A stretch of 64,000 bases of DNA from the NCBI GenBank assembly GCA_001464715.1, contig LNDT01000027.1, forward strand, positions 23,746 through 87,745, read 5' to 3'. The stretch's first letter is position 1, and every line of letters starts with the position of its first letter. A model generated the notes under the pieces. That model was not told the DNA's origin. It did not search any database and was given only the letters and a program-made list of their open reading frames with translations. The DNA comes from Bdellovibrionales bacterium Ga0074137. GTDB taxonomy: Bacteria; Bdellovibrionota; Bdellovibrionia; Bdellovibrionales; JAMPXM01. Positions 16,724-26,883 of this stretch are shown piece by piece. A program made the translations under genes and the position numbers.

Positions 16724-18400
16724 ATGAGAATTGCGTTAGCTCAAATGAACTCCATCCTCGGCGATTTTTCTGCGAATCGAGAAAAAATTCTCGACTTCAC
16801 ACGGCGCGCTTTTGCAGAAGGTTGCGATCTTATCGTTTTTCCAGAGCATGCGCTGTTTGGTTATTTGCCAAACGACCTCCTCGAGCGAGAGACGATCGTC
16901 GACGACCAGTTGACCGAATTAAAAAAATTAGAAAAAGAATGGCCGTCCGGAATTTTGGGCCTTGTCGGTTGCGTCACTCGCGTTGATGGCGGTGCACGCC
17001 GAAAATCGTCGAAGATGGCCGAGCCGCTATCGTCCAAACGGTTTTTCAATTCCGCCGCATTGATTGAGAAGAAAAAAAAGACGCGCTTTTTTCACAAAGA
17101 GCGTTTGCCGGCGCATGATGTTTTTGATGAGGGCCGGCATCTAGCTTCGGGTTCGCTAAAAGATGGAAAAACCACACTTCGAATCAATTCTAAGAAGTTG
17201 GCGGTTCAAATTTCTATCTGTGAAGATATTTGGGGTTGGGGAGATCCAAAGAATCCCATGGCCAAATTATCTCGGTCGGGAATTGATGCTGTCATAAATT
17301 TAAGTGCATCGCCTTTTACAAAGTCGAAACTAAAAAGTCGCACGGCCGTTATTCGGGAAACTGCGATGTATTTCCGCGCACCACTCGTCTACGTAAATCT
17401 GGTCGGAGCTCAAGACGAGGTTGTCTTCGACGGACGATCCCTCGTCGTCGACAAAAACGGAAAACCCGTCGGGGGATTGGCCGCCTTCACTGAGGACCTA
17501 GGATTTTTTGAAATCAAATCAAAATCTGTGGCCGACGTCTCTTCGCCGAAAGCGCGGCGAGTGCGGAAAAGTCCTCCGGATGGTTCGATCGAAATTCTTC
17601 GGCGAGCCTTGGTCACCGGGATTCGAGATTTTGCCTACAAAACAGGTCTCAAGCGAGTTCATTTTGGCCTGAGTGGTGGAATCGATAGTGCGGTTGTCGC
17701 ATGTTTAGCGGTCGAAGCTTTAGGCGCTGAAGCGGTGACAGCCGTTGCGATGCCTGGCCCCTTCAGCAGCGCGCGAAGTCTGATCTTGGCAAAGGAACTT
17801 TCCTCAAACCTTTCGATTCGGTGCCTCGAGATGCCGATTAACAAAAGTTACGACGTGCTCAAGGAAAGTTTTGAATTCGCTAGCGGCGAAATTTCGTTCG
17901 GACTTGTTCATGAGAATCTTCAGGCAAGAATTCGCGGTCTTTTGCTGATGGCATTGGCGAACAAGGAATCAAGCCTTCTGTTGGCGACGGGCAATAAATC
18001 TGAATACGCGGCCGGCTACTCGACATTGTACGGTGATCAGTGTGGAGGCCTCGCTCCGCTGGGCGATTTGCTTAAAAATGAGGTCTACAAACTTGCCGAG
18101 CTGTACAATAAGGAACGCAAAACGATTCCCGCCGAAATTATCGACCGAGCTCCCAGTGCTGAACTGCGCGCGGATCAAAAGGATTCGGACAGTCTTCCGC
18201 CCTACGATGAACTCGATGCTGCGGTTGAAAAAGTAATTGAAAGACGTGGGCCTGCGAAAACGGAAACTGAAAAGTTCGTCTTGCAGGCAAGTCTCAAGAG
18301 CGAATTCAAACGGTGGCAAGCTCCACCGATATTAAAAATCAGCGATCACGCTTTTGGACGCGGTCGTCGGATGCCTATCGCTCATCGAGCTAAATCTTAA
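16724..18400 (+). CDS. nadE: glutamine-dependent NAD+ synthetase
   Basis: N-terminal CN-hydrolase domain (MRIALAQMN..FPE..ICEDIW) and C-terminal NAD synthase domain with the SGGIDS PP-loop (GLSGGIDSAVVA). Confidence 0.9.
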   Translation: MRIALAQMNSILGDFSANREKILDFTRRAFAEGCDLIVFPEHALFGYLPNDLLERETIVDDQLTELKKLEKEWPSGILGLVGCVTRVDGGARRKSSKMAEPLSSKRFFNSAALIEKKKKTRFFHKERLPAHDVFDEGRHLASGSLKDGKTTLRINSKKLAVQISICEDIWGWGDPKNPMAKLSRSGIDAVINLSASPFTKSKLKSRTAVIRETAMYFRAPLVYVNLVGAQDEVVFDGRSLVVDKNGKPVGGLAAFTEDLGFFEIKSKSVADVSSPKARRVRKSPPDGSIEILRRALVTGIRDFAYKTGLKRVHFGLSGGIDSAVVACLAVEALGAEAVTAVAMPGPFSSARSLILAKELSSNLSIRCLEMPINKSYDVLKESFEFASGEISFGLVHENLQARIRGLLLMALANKESSLLLATGNKSEYAAGYSTLYGDQCGGLAPLGDLLKNEVYKLAELYNKERKTIPAEIIDRAPSAELRADQKDSDSLPPYDELDAAVEKVIERRGPAKTETEKFVLQASLKSEFKRWQAPPILKISDHAFGRGRRMPIAHRAKS

Positions 18401-18409
18401 TCGTTTTAT

Positions 18410-19030
18410 CTAAGTCGACATTTCGAAGAGGCCTTGCTGCTTAGGCTTTTTTTCGACCTGAGGAAATCGCAGCTCAGGTTTTCCCGTGAGTGAAATCAAA
18501 GTGGCGATCGACGGCGGACCATGCTGTGACAAACGCGCGACCATTTTTGAGAAAAGCTGGCCGCAGTAGCTGGCGTCTTCTTCAGCGCGGTGAAATCCAG
18601 TGGCTACAATTCCGAGGTGTTGAACCAGAGTTCCAAGTTTGTAATTTGCCAATCCTGGTAGGACTTTTCTGGCCATATTGCATGAGTCGAGAATAATCCC
18701 GGTGGGTGCCGACGACTCATATTTTTTAATATCGGCCGTCAGAAACTGCGCATCGAAGGGCGCATTGTGGGCGACCAGAATTTCGTCGCCACAAAACTCG
18801 GCGAAGGGCTCTAAAACGTCAGCGATTCTTGGCTTACCGACCAGCATGTCGTCGGTGATCCCATTGACCCGCGACGCGCCTTCAGGCATCGAGATCGTAG
18901 GTTGAATGAGAGTGGTGAAAATCGTTTCGGCTTGGCCCTGTTCATTGAACAGAACAGCTCCGATTTCAACGATCTGATCCACACCGGGTAGAGTTCCTGT
19001 CGTCTCGAGATCAAAAGCTATGAAACGCAT
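18410..19030 (-). CDS. DEDD-family 3'-5' exonuclease (DnaQ/epsilon-like)
   Basis: The ATG at 19028-19030 has a GGGGGA SD. Motifs: MRFIAFDLETTG (ExoI), VAHNAPFDAQFL (ExoII), HRAEEDA (ExoIII). Confidence 0.8.
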   Translation of the reverse strand: MRFIAFDLETTGTLPGVDQIVEIGAVLFNEQGQAETIFTTLIQPTISMPEGASRVNGITDDMLVGKPRIADVLEPFAEFCGDEILVAHNAPFDAQFLTADIKKYESSAPTGIILDSCNMARKVLPGLANYKLGTLVQHLGIVATGFHRAEEDASYCGQLFSKMVARLSQHGPPSIATLISLTGKPELRFPQVEKKPKQQGLFEMST

Positions 19031-19064
19031 GACGAAATCCCCCTGAGTTCTGTAAACTGATCCT

Positions 19065-19409
19065 ATGGGCTTATCGAAATCCAAGCCGGAACTGAAGCAC
19101 CAAGAGCTCACCTTCGTGGATTCTTTCGGTTCATCGCGTCGTTTAAAGGCGATTCCCGGTCAAACACTTCTCGAGACGGCTGTGGAAAACTCGGTGGATA
19201 TATCGACATCGTGTGGCGGCATGGGAACGTGCGGGACCTGCCGTGTTTTTCTTGAAGTAACGAACGGTCTTGTTCCTGCCCGAAACGACATCGAGAAGGA
19301 TGTTGCGGACGAAAAAAACTTTGCGCCGAACGAGCGTCTCAGCTGCCAGATCGAAATTCCCGATGACGATTTTTCGTGGAGCTTTCATGCGCCCGAAGAA
19401 ACTTACTGA
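19065..19409 (+). CDS. 2Fe-2S ferredoxin
   Basis: Cys cluster SCGGMGTCGTCRV plus a distal ..LSCQI Cys. 114 aa. Confidence 0.8.
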   Translation: MGLSKSKPELKHQELTFVDSFGSSRRLKAIPGQTLLETAVENSVDISTSCGGMGTCGTCRVFLEVTNGLVPARNDIEKDVADEKNFAPNERLSCQIEIPDDDFSWSFHAPEETY

Positions 19410-20635
19410 AGCTCGGACTTTGTTACGACAACGGGATTTGTAATGATCCAAGGGATCCATCGACCGCCATCAAAAAGGCTGGGACTTACGAAAAGACGAA
19501 TAACTATCCGGTAAACTCCTGGCGTCAGAATTCTGAATTCAGTTTCCGTCGAATTTGAAGTCATGACACTGAGGCCGTCGCGAAGAATCGCTGTTTCGAA
19601 GGGGACGTTGGGTTTTTTAGGGAGCCGAACCATCATGCGAGCACTGCTATCGAAGCGCACTCTTGAGCCCAAGGATTTAATCCCGTGGCGATCCTCAAAC
19701 CACGTTGCGAATCCCTTTGTGGGTCCCAGAACATCGAAAGCAAAGTAAGTCTGACCTTCAGTGATCGCGGTCAAAAGTTTTTTCCGATCACTTTCGTAAT
19801 CGCCAGTCAGTTCTGTCCGAAGCAAAACGTGGTTTGTCGCAAGCTTAAAATAAGTTTCGTAACTTGGAGCGCGCAGAGTAATCCCCATTAGGTAACTTGG
19901 AAGACCGGCGTCCGTTCCCAAAATTCCGAAAACAGATCTGTCGCGCGAAAGCCGATCCCAGGTTTCAAACGATGTATCAAGGTCAGCGAAGAGACGAACA
20001 AGCGAAAGATCGGGATTGAACGGGTAAATGAGAAGGCTCCAAATCATCGAAAGTCTCGCGTCGTCCCACATTCTTGCAATGGATTGGCGCAGATTCAGAA
20101 CTTCGAGACCCGAGAGTCCGGAAGGGTGGGCCCCGGTCCAGTCAGTTCCATTTCTAGAGGCTTGTCCCAGAACAAGTGAGTCTTTTGACGTCCTCGGCTT
20201 TTCCAGTCGGTCGCCGTCTCGCGAGAGCAAGTCTGCGATCACTGTCTGAGCTTGGCCAAGACTTTCCGTGGCCTTGAGTCTTTCGGGGTCGATTGAAAGA
20301 ATGCGGGACTCGAGATAACTAAATTTTCCGCCGTTAATAACCAAAAGCTGACGTTGCCATCCTTCGGGTGAACCGCCCGGGGTGAACCGATTCAGTTCAT
20401 TGAAAATCACGAAATCAAGTTTCGCCTCTTGAGCGGCGCGAATCGTTTCTGTCGGTGTAAGAAAACCGTGGCTCAGCGACGTTTGGACGTTGATAGCGCC
20501 TCGGTAGTCGTAAAATCCTGGATGATTTTTCGTGTCCAACGTTTCAGGAACCATCACTGTGTCACGAAGCGAAAGCGCAATAGCATAGGTCAAAAGCAGA
20601 AGAGCCATCGAAATGAAAAAAATAACTTTTTTCAA
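19403..20635 (-). CDS. membrane-anchored hypothetical protein with a degenerate PHP/CehA-like N-terminal region
   Basis: N-terminal TM is [58 protein letters not shown] resembles a PHP-type motif but lacks the usual His residues. Its start overlaps the upstream glycosyltransferase stop by 4 nt. Confidence 0.45.
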   Translation of the reverse strand: MKKVIFFISMALLLLTYAIALSLRDTVMVPETLDTKNHPGFYDYRGAINVQTSLSHGFLTPTETIRAAQEAKLDFVIFNELNRFTPGGSPEGWQRQLLVINGGKFSYLESRILSIDPERLKATESLGQAQTVIADLLSRDGDRLEKPRTSKDSLVLGQASRNGTDWTGAHPSGLSGLEVLNLRQSIARMWDDARLSMIWSLLIYPFNPDLSLVRLFADLDTSFETWDRLSRDRSVFGILGTDAGLPSYLMGITLRAPSYETYFKLATNHVLLRTELTGDYESDRKKLLTAITEGQTYFAFDVLGPTKGFATWFEDRHGIKSLGSRVRFDSSARMMVRLPKKPNVPFETAILRDGLSVMTSNSTETEFRILTPGVYRIVIRLFVSPSLFDGGRWIPWIITNPVVVTKSELQ

Positions 20636-22032
20636 GGTGCAACCTCGACGGGCCGTTTTCTATCGAACGTCACTAAATTGAAACGCCCGATGGTTTCTCG
20701 AGAGGATTCCACGAAGTGCTCGTCGCTGATCCACGAAGGCCAAGGCCAATTATCCTCGAGCGCAATCACAAAAGAGTCCCCTCGGGGCCGACCAGAAGGG
20801 TGTGTGTCGAAGAAGTCTTTGCGATTAATTCCTGAAAGTTTTGGAACTGTTCTTCGACTAGCAATCGAAAGGGCGCCCGCCATCTGATAAGACGAGGCAA
20901 AAAAGTTCTCATTGCCTTTCGCCATTGGTTCAAGGTCTTTGAACCGAACAAACTCGTTGGTTTTTAAATCTTTCGCGGGAATGCCAAAGAAATCCGACTT
21001 TGGATTTAGCGCCTGATAAAAGACAACAAGCGAGGCGACACTCCAGATTGCAACCATGGTACGGCTCAGAAACTTAGATTGATCGTTGATCGAAGCAAGA
21101 ACGAGCAGTGAGAGATGACCTGCGATCGGCCAATTGGCCTCGACCGGAGATTTTAAACTTGTTCCGACGAAAAATAAAACTGGTCCCCATCCGAACCAGC
21201 GCAGGAAGCGAAGTTTCTCGGGTTCATTTCTTTTCCAGAAAGTCAGAAGCACAAGTGGCGATAGAAGAGCCAGCTGGGCTCCGCTGTAGTCGAGAAGTTG
21301 TTGCACCATCTTTCCAAAGGACTGCGCTTCCTGATCGAGACCATGGCTCAGCTGAAATCGGAACGAGACCCAGTCATTCTGTGCGTTCCATCCCCAGACA
21401 GGCGCAGAGAAAATGAGGCCGCCAAGAATAATAAGGGCGACCGAGCCAGGCTTAAGAGATGACCAGCGTTTTTGTTGAAGGATGTAGAGAAGGGCGATGG
21501 GAACAAAAATTACGATATGGTACTTGGCGCAAAATCCAAGTCCCAACGAGGCTCCCACTAAGAGCGCCGACGTTTTGGTGTTTGCTTGCAGGTAATTTTG
21601 AAATGCGAGCAGCGAAAGCGACCACGTTAAAATCAGCGGCAAGTCAGGTGTCACAATCAAAGATCCAATGCCGAAAAAAGGAGACACGAGAACAACAGAC
21701 AGCCACGCGAGGTGTTGCCGTTCGGAAATCGAGGTACCGATAATTTTTCGGAACACGAGGAGGCTAAAATGTGAGGCGATGACGGCGGGCGTGCGAATCA
21801 CTCCATTGAGATCGTAACCGGGAATTAGATCACGCAGTGGTTCGAGAAAATGTCCGAGCCATAAAAGCCAGGCGATTCCAGCCGGGTGATCATAGTAGGA
21901 CCATTGAAGATGGTGACTCCACACCCAGTAATAGGCCTCGTCATTAGAGAGCGGAAGCACCGCCGCAAGTAAAACTTTGGTCAGCAGCGCGAGCCAAAAA
22001 ACCAAGAACCAATTTTTTCGATCCTCAATCAA
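20632..22032 (-). CDS. GT-C fold glycosyltransferase, ArnT/PMT_2 (GT39/GT83-like) family
   Basis: Polytopic protein with the N-terminal signature [25 protein letters not shown]. Its start overlaps the rodZ stop by 4 nt. Confidence 0.75.
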   Translation of the reverse strand: MIEDRKNWFLVFWLALLTKVLLAAVLPLSNDEAYYWVWSHHLQWSYYDHPAGIAWLLWLGHFLEPLRDLIPGYDLNGVIRTPAVIASHFSLLVFRKIIGTSISERQHLAWLSVVLVSPFFGIGSLIVTPDLPLILTWSLSLLAFQNYLQANTKTSALLVGASLGLGFCAKYHIVIFVPIALLYILQQKRWSSLKPGSVALIILGGLIFSAPVWGWNAQNDWVSFRFQLSHGLDQEAQSFGKMVQQLLDYSGAQLALLSPLVLLTFWKRNEPEKLRFLRWFGWGPVLFFVGTSLKSPVEANWPIAGHLSLLVLASINDQSKFLSRTMVAIWSVASLVVFYQALNPKSDFFGIPAKDLKTNEFVRFKDLEPMAKGNENFFASSYQMAGALSIASRRTVPKLSGINRKDFFDTHPSGRPRGDSFVIALEDNWPWPSWISDEHFVESSRETIGRFNLVTFDRKRPVEVAP

Positions 22033-23198
22033 GGAAGCTCCACGCGGGCGGGCTTTCCAAGGTCGCCCGGAACACCGCGATCAACCCCGTTGACGATAAG
22101 ATTCACCGATCCGCCGTTCGAGAAGTTTAAGACGGCTTTCCGTTGCGCCTTGATCGTCTGAACTTGTTCGGCACGAAGCTTTATCGTTCGCGAGGCTTCG
22201 CCATCGATGACGACTTCAACATCCACCTGATCCAGAGCTTCGATAACAATCTCGGTCGACTTGCCAACCGGTTTAGCCGGCGTCGCTGTGGGCGCTGGTG
22301 TTGGAGTCGGCGTAGGCTTCGGCGTCGCTGTGGGCGCTGGTGTTGGAGTCGGCGTAGGCTTCGGCGTCGCTGTGGGCGCTGGTGTTGGAGTCGGTGTAGG
22401 TTTCGGCGTCGCCGTGGGCGTCGGCGTTGGAGTCGGTGTAGGTTTCGGTGTCGCTGTGGGCGTTGGCGTTGGAGTCGGTGTAGGTTTCGGTGTCGCCGTG
22501 GGCGTCTGCGCTGGAGTCGGTGTTGCGGTCGGCGCTACGACGATTTTTTCCGCGGTCTGAGGTTCAGCGCCACCACCGTCATCTGAAGATTCATCCGACT
22601 TCTCGCTGTCTTCGATCGGCGGAGCCGGAATCGACGGCGCTGCTGTTTCAACCGACGCCGGATCGGCGGGACCCGAGGCGCGCTCGGACTCATAGCTGTC
22701 CATTTTGTTCTTTAGGAATACAATCAAGATAATTAGAACAAAGATGCCTGCGACGATTCCGCCCTTGGTCATAAGACTCGGCTCATCGCGCAGCCGCTCT
22801 TCAACATCAATTTTTCTGGAGGCACGTTCGACGCGTCTTTCGGTTGGTGTTGCGCTGACTTTTTCTGTGGGGGCCGGAGTCGTGTCGGGCGTTGATGCAA
22901 GCTCGGTGGCGGTCGCATTCAATTCAGAGGGATTGGGACCCGTCGGCGTGGGTCGACTCAGCGTGGAACCCATTTCTTCGTGAAATGTTCGAAGAATCTC
23001 TTCAACATCAAGACCAAGATAAATCGCATACGAACGAACAAAGCCGCGAAGAAAAGTTTTTGGTGGAAGTGTTGCTGGATCGCCGCTTTCGATGGAAGCC
23101 AAAGTCTTGATGGTGATTTTCGTCGCCAAAGAAACTTCGCTCAGCGAAGCTCCTTTTCTTTCTCGATTCTCTTTCAGAATTTGGCCAGTAATCTTCAT
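22029..23198 (-). CDS. rodZ: RodZ-like cytoskeleton protein with an expanded Pro/Thr repeat linker
   Basis: N-terminal HTH ([49 protein letters not shown]), a single TM, a long ([14 protein letters not shown])n linker, and a C-terminal DUF4115-like beta domain. Confidence 0.8.
   Translation of the reverse strand: MKITGQILKENRERKGASLSEVSLATKITIKTLASIESGDPATLPPKTFLRGFVRSYAIYLGLDVEEILRTFHEEMGSTLSRPTPTGPNPSELNATATELASTPDTTPAPTEKVSATPTERRVERASRKIDVEERLRDEPSLMTKGGIVAGIFVLIILIVFLKNKMDSYESERASGPADPASVETAAPSIPAPPIEDSEKSDESSDDGGGAEPQTAEKIVVAPTATPTPAQTPTATPKPTPTPTPTPTATPKPTPTPTPTPTATPKPTPTPTPAPTATPKPTPTPTPAPTATPKPTPTPTPAPTATPAKPVGKSTEIVIEALDQVDVEVVIDGEASRTIKLRAEQVQTIKAQRKAVLNFSNGGSVNLIVNGVDRGVPGDLGKPARVELP
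22279..22525. repeat. 42-bp tandem repeat, about 5.5 copies, inside rodZ
   Basis: The unit GGCGTCGCTGTGGGCGCTGGTGTTGGAGTCGGCGTAGGCTTC starts at 22279, 22321, 22363, 22405 and 22447, with a partial copy at 22489. The first two copies are identical by eye and later copies carry a few substitutions. It encodes 14-aa PT-rich units on the minus strand. Confidence 0.85.
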
Positions 23199-23214
23199 CG
23201 TGCTCTTTCTTTAT

Positions 23215-24036
23215 TTACTTGATGATTTCGAGCAGTGACTCGGCTTTCTTCGCATAATTTCCATTGGGGTAGTCGCGTAGAACTTCTTGCAGTCGCGCCA
23301 CCGCGGCCGCAGATTTTCCCAGCTTGTAGTGAGCGAGACCCGCAAAGTAAGCGGCCTCATCTTCGCCATTGACGCGACAAGCGACAACGGCGCGATCCAA
23401 AGTTTCTGCGGCATCTTTGAGAAGTCGACTACTTGAATCAGTCGACGCAAGCTCGAGCAGTGAACGTCCAAGAAGCGTTTGAGCAAAGCAGTTTGTGCGT
23501 TCGACCTTCAAGGCCTCAGTTGCCGTCTCTTTGGCGCTTTTGAAATCGCCCTTGCGGAAATGCGCGAGCGAAATATTCGTCCAACCTCGAATGGGAAATT
23601 GATACGTAAGATCTTTCGTGACCCGACGAGCCTCTTTAATCGCGCCATTGTAGTCGCCGCGTTCAATCAGAATTCTTGCACGGTTGTTTCGTGCCTCTGT
23701 GTAGTCGGGACGAAGAGCAATGGCCTGATCAATATGTTTTAAGGCCAGATCAAAGCGATCCCGCACGAAATAAGTGAGAGCCAAATTATTTTGCACCGTC
23801 GGATTTTTTGGATCCAACTTTTCGGCCATGAGAAGTTCGCTCAGCGCCTCGGGGTACTTTCGGTTCGAAAACAACGTCGTTCCAATTTGCAGATGGAGCG
23901 CGGCGTCCTTTTCAGCTTTGAAATTCGACTTTGTTGCGCAGCCCGCCGAAAACACGACGCACCCCAGGAAAAGGAGACCCAAAGGGTTTACAATCGACGA
24001 ACTGAAATTAGAAAAATTCCGGGCAAGTTGGAGCAT
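23215..24036 (-). CDS. TPR lipoprotein, PilW/PilF-like (type IV pilus biogenesis/stability family)
   Basis: Lipobox LLFLGCVVFSAGC and multiple TPR units (YPEALSELLMAEKLDPKNPTVQNNLALTYF..). Its position just upstream of rodZ is the usual pilW-rodZ neighbourhood. Confidence 0.6.
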   Translation of the reverse strand: MLQLARNFSNFSSSIVNPLGLLFLGCVVFSAGCATKSNFKAEKDAALHLQIGTTLFSNRKYPEALSELLMAEKLDPKNPTVQNNLALTYFVRDRFDLALKHIDQAIALRPDYTEARNNRARILIERGDYNGAIKEARRVTKDLTYQFPIRGWTNISLAHFRKGDFKSAKETATEALKVERTNCFAQTLLGRSLLELASTDSSSRLLKDAAETLDRAVVACRVNGEDEAAYFAGLAHYKLGKSAAAVARLQEVLRDYPNGNYAKKAESLLEIIK

Positions 24037-24079
24037 CGTCTAAAACGCTAGCAGCAATCAGCTAAAGGGGCAAAATCAA

Positions 24080-25360
24080 TTAGCTTTTTAGGCTAGAGGA
24101 CGTTGGTGATTTATCAGTGTTGGAAATTCGTCGAAGTACGACGAGGGCTTCGATGTGGTCTGTCTGTGGGAAAAGGTCGATGCCGCGAGCTTCGATGATT
24201 TCGTATTTCGTTTTCTGTTTGTCTGTTGCTTCTCGAAATCGCACCAGATCTCGGGCCAAAGTCGCGGGATCACAGCTGACATAAACAATCAAACTCGGCT
24301 TTCGTCGAGCGATCATCGGCATCACTGTCGCTCCAACACCATCGCGCGGTGGATCCAAGACTAGAATTTCGTCCAGGGGCAGGCCCTTTTTTGTAAGGAG
24401 ACTGACCGCACCAGCCTTTTGTCGAGCAAGCCACGCATCGACACTCTCAGCAAAAAACTTGCACTGCTGTGAGCGCGGATTTCCGATGGCCTCGCGAACG
24501 CTCTCGACCGATCGCTCGATGCCCGAAGCCTCAATCACACCTTGTGGTCGTGCCGACCGCACGGCCTCAACGATAGGGAAAGTTAGATTTCCATTTCCTG
24601 CATACAGATCCAAAAGGTGCCAGTGAACGATCTGCCGTTTTTCCAAGGCATGTGCGACCACGTGATCACTCACAAGTTTTTGCAAGACTTTATTTTGCTC
24701 GCGATGAACTTGAGTGAAGGCGCCGCCAATAGAGAGGTTTCCGCGCTCATCGATGGCGACTTGAAAACGCTCGCGAACCTTTGCGCCTTTAGAAACTTCT
24801 TTGGCGATATGCTCTTTTGCGAACGGAATCAATTTTGGATCAGCGATTTCACAATCAACGATTGGAACAAAGTCGTGGGTCTCGCGTTTAAAGTATCCGA
24901 TCTCATGCGTTCCGCCTTTGGGCCGAGACTGAAGTGTCACACGCGAGCGGTAGCGAAACGATGTTTCGCTTGGAACAAACGGCGCGAACTTCGCCATCTC
25001 ATCGTTTGAGAAAGCGCGTCCCCGTTTCATCGTATCTTTTAAGATTTCATCTTTTTGAACGACTTGTTCATTGTAAGCGACATGCTGCCAAGGACAGCCG
25101 CCACACTCATTCACGACCGGACACGGTGGAACGACTCGAACATCGGACGGTTTTAAAACTTCGATCATTTTCGCTTCGACAAAGCGGCCCGAAATGGCCG
25201 TGATCTGCGCGCGAACAAATTCCCGAGGCGCAGCGCCACGAACGAAAACCACTTGGCCATCGGAGGCGCGACCCACAGCGCTTCCGCCGCGAGCCAGTCG
25301 AAGAGTTTCGATTTCAACCGTATCGCCGACGGAAACTGACGGAGCCGACTTCTTGGACAC
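24080..25360 (-). CDS. TRAM-domain 23S rRNA (uracil-5)-methyltransferase, RlmD/RumA family
   Basis: N-terminal TRAM-like beta domain, Cys cluster CPVVNECGGCPWQH, SAM fold LLDLYAGNGNLTF, and C-terminal YVSCDPATLARD. Confidence 0.8.
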   Translation of the reverse strand: MSKKSAPSVSVGDTVEIETLRLARGGSAVGRASDGQVVFVRGAAPREFVRAQITAISGRFVEAKMIEVLKPSDVRVVPPCPVVNECGGCPWQHVAYNEQVVQKDEILKDTMKRGRAFSNDEMAKFAPFVPSETSFRYRSRVTLQSRPKGGTHEIGYFKRETHDFVPIVDCEIADPKLIPFAKEHIAKEVSKGAKVRERFQVAIDERGNLSIGGAFTQVHREQNKVLQKLVSDHVVAHALEKRQIVHWHLLDLYAGNGNLTFPIVEAVRSARPQGVIEASGIERSVESVREAIGNPRSQQCKFFAESVDAWLARQKAGAVSLLTKKGLPLDEILVLDPPRDGVGATVMPMIARRKPSLIVYVSCDPATLARDLVRFREATDKQKTKYEIIEARGIDLFPQTDHIEALVVLRRISNTDKSPTSSSLKS

Positions 25361-25785
25361 TAGTCGTTGACGATTTCAGACTTCTCAAAAAAGAGAGCCA
25401 ATTCGCGCTGAGCACTCGCCGCACTGTCGGAGCCGTGAACGGCGTTTTCGCCAACGTTCGCGCCGTGTTTTGCACGGATAGTTCCTGGAGCTGCTTTTTT
25501 CGGATCGGTCGCGCCCATGAGGTCGCGGTTTTTCAAAACAGCGCCTTCACCCGAAAGAGCCATGAGCATCACGGGACCTGAAGTCATAAAGTCGACAAGT
25601 TCGCCGAAGAAAGGACGCTCTTTGTGTTCAGCGTAGAATTCTTCGCATTTCTTTCGAGAGAGAACCGTCAGTTTCGCAGCTGCTATCTTGAGGTCGTTTT
25701 TTTCGAAGTGAGCGACGATATCGCCAATCGCACCTTTTTTTACGGCGTTAGGCTTAATGATGCTGAATGTGATTTCTTTTGCCAC
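25360..25785 (-). CDS. ndk: nucleoside diphosphate kinase
   Basis: The GTG at 25783-25785 is preceded by AAGGAG 8 nt upstream. (M)[32 protein letters not shown] is the typical Ndk pattern, giving 141 aa. The track ORF extends 18 codons further upstream. Confidence 0.9.
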   Translation of the reverse strand: MAKEITFSIIKPNAVKKGAIGDIVAHFEKNDLKIAAAKLTVLSRKKCEEFYAEHKERPFFGELVDFMTSGPVMLMALSGEGAVLKNRDLMGATDPKKAAPGTIRAKHGANVGENAVHGSDSAASAQRELALFFEKSEIVND

Positions 25786-25868
25786 GTTTGAAGCTCCTTG
25801 TTCTGTAGATCCTCTTCCTAGCGGCAAATCGGCTAGCAATCAAAGGCGAATGTCCCTGAGGGAAGGCT

Positions 25869-26771
25869 TTACGTACGGAACGACCCGAGATCGACGTTTT
25901 CGGTGCGTGCTTTTGTCCCCAAAACGGACCCAGCTGTCAGAGCAGAAGCACTTTCTCCAGCTAGTTTCTTGAACTCTAAAATCAAATGATTTTCTAACAA
26001 AAGGCGCGGATCGATCATCCATCGAAATAGCTCGGATGAAAGTTTGTGCTCACCGGATTTTCGACGAAATCGACGCGATGTTTTAAGAGCCGATAAAACA
26101 ATGAAAGGGTAAAAGAGAGGAAAGAGCAGAAGGGATGTCGAATTCACACGCGACTCGTGGATTTTGACAAGCTCGAAGCCGGCGAGTTTAGCAAACAAGC
26201 GAAGCCGAAAAAAGCCGGTAAGAAATGTATGACCAAAATAAAGGCGCGGGGCCGCTTCGCCCGCAGCCACCGGGGCCAGCCAGATCGAATCTTTTTCGTT
26301 GGGCGGCATAATACGGCCGAAGGCTTCGGACTCGCACAGCAGATAGCTCATTTTACTTTTAAGATTCGAGTAGTTGGGCGTCGTCAGAATCAGAGTGCCG
26401 TCTGTTCTTAAAATCCGCGCGAATTCTCTCAGAACGTGATCCTGATTGCCGACGTGCTCGATGCCCTCTTGGCAAACAGCGAGCTCAAAGGTGTCGGAAG
26501 CACATGGAAACGGGCCGCTCAAGTCACCGCGGATCACGGGGACGCCCTCGGCGCGGAAGAGCTCGGGGATCAGATCGACCGCCAAGACGTCGGCCCCTAG
26601 ATTTTTGAGAGATGTTGAGGTCACGCCGTTTCCGGCGGGGAAATCAATGGCCCGGGCCCCAGAAAGCCGGGAGCCTTTGGCGGTAAGAAGCCGCTGAACG
26701 TGCTCTTTGATTTCTTTGGTTCCTGTAAATCTCATCGACCCGAGTCTCGCTAAGTCATTGATATATTGCAA
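25869..26771 (-). CDS. class I SAM-dependent methyltransferase
   Basis: Motif I-like AIDFPAGNGVTS..ADVLAVD and post-I/II FELAVCQEGIEHV..LRTDGTLILTTP. Substrate unknown. Confidence 0.65.
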   Translation of the reverse strand: MQYINDLARLGSMRFTGTKEIKEHVQRLLTAKGSRLSGARAIDFPAGNGVTSTSLKNLGADVLAVDLIPELFRAEGVPVIRGDLSGPFPCASDTFELAVCQEGIEHVGNQDHVLREFARILRTDGTLILTTPNYSNLKSKMSYLLCESEAFGRIMPPNEKDSIWLAPVAAGEAAPRLYFGHTFLTGFFRLRLFAKLAGFELVKIHESRVNSTSLLLFPLFYPFIVLSALKTSRRFRRKSGEHKLSSELFRWMIDPRLLLENHLILEFKKLAGESASALTAGSVLGTKARTENVDLGSFRT

Positions 26772-26883
26772 ACTATGCTGAACAAGCTTCCGCCGATGAT
26801 CCGCGCGTATGCATTGCGTTATGGAGTGCTATACCCCTCAACTCGAGACCCTAATTTATTCCCCCATTTGGCAGGAGCTTACG

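Noticed and set aside
22143-22586. Plus-strand ORFs in the rodZ repeat (22143..22586, 22261..22560), and the possibility of a CRISPR-like array
   Set aside because: They are antisense or alternate frames of a 42-bp tandem repeat. The repeats are contiguous with no spacers and lie inside a well-supported CDS, so this is not a CRISPR array.
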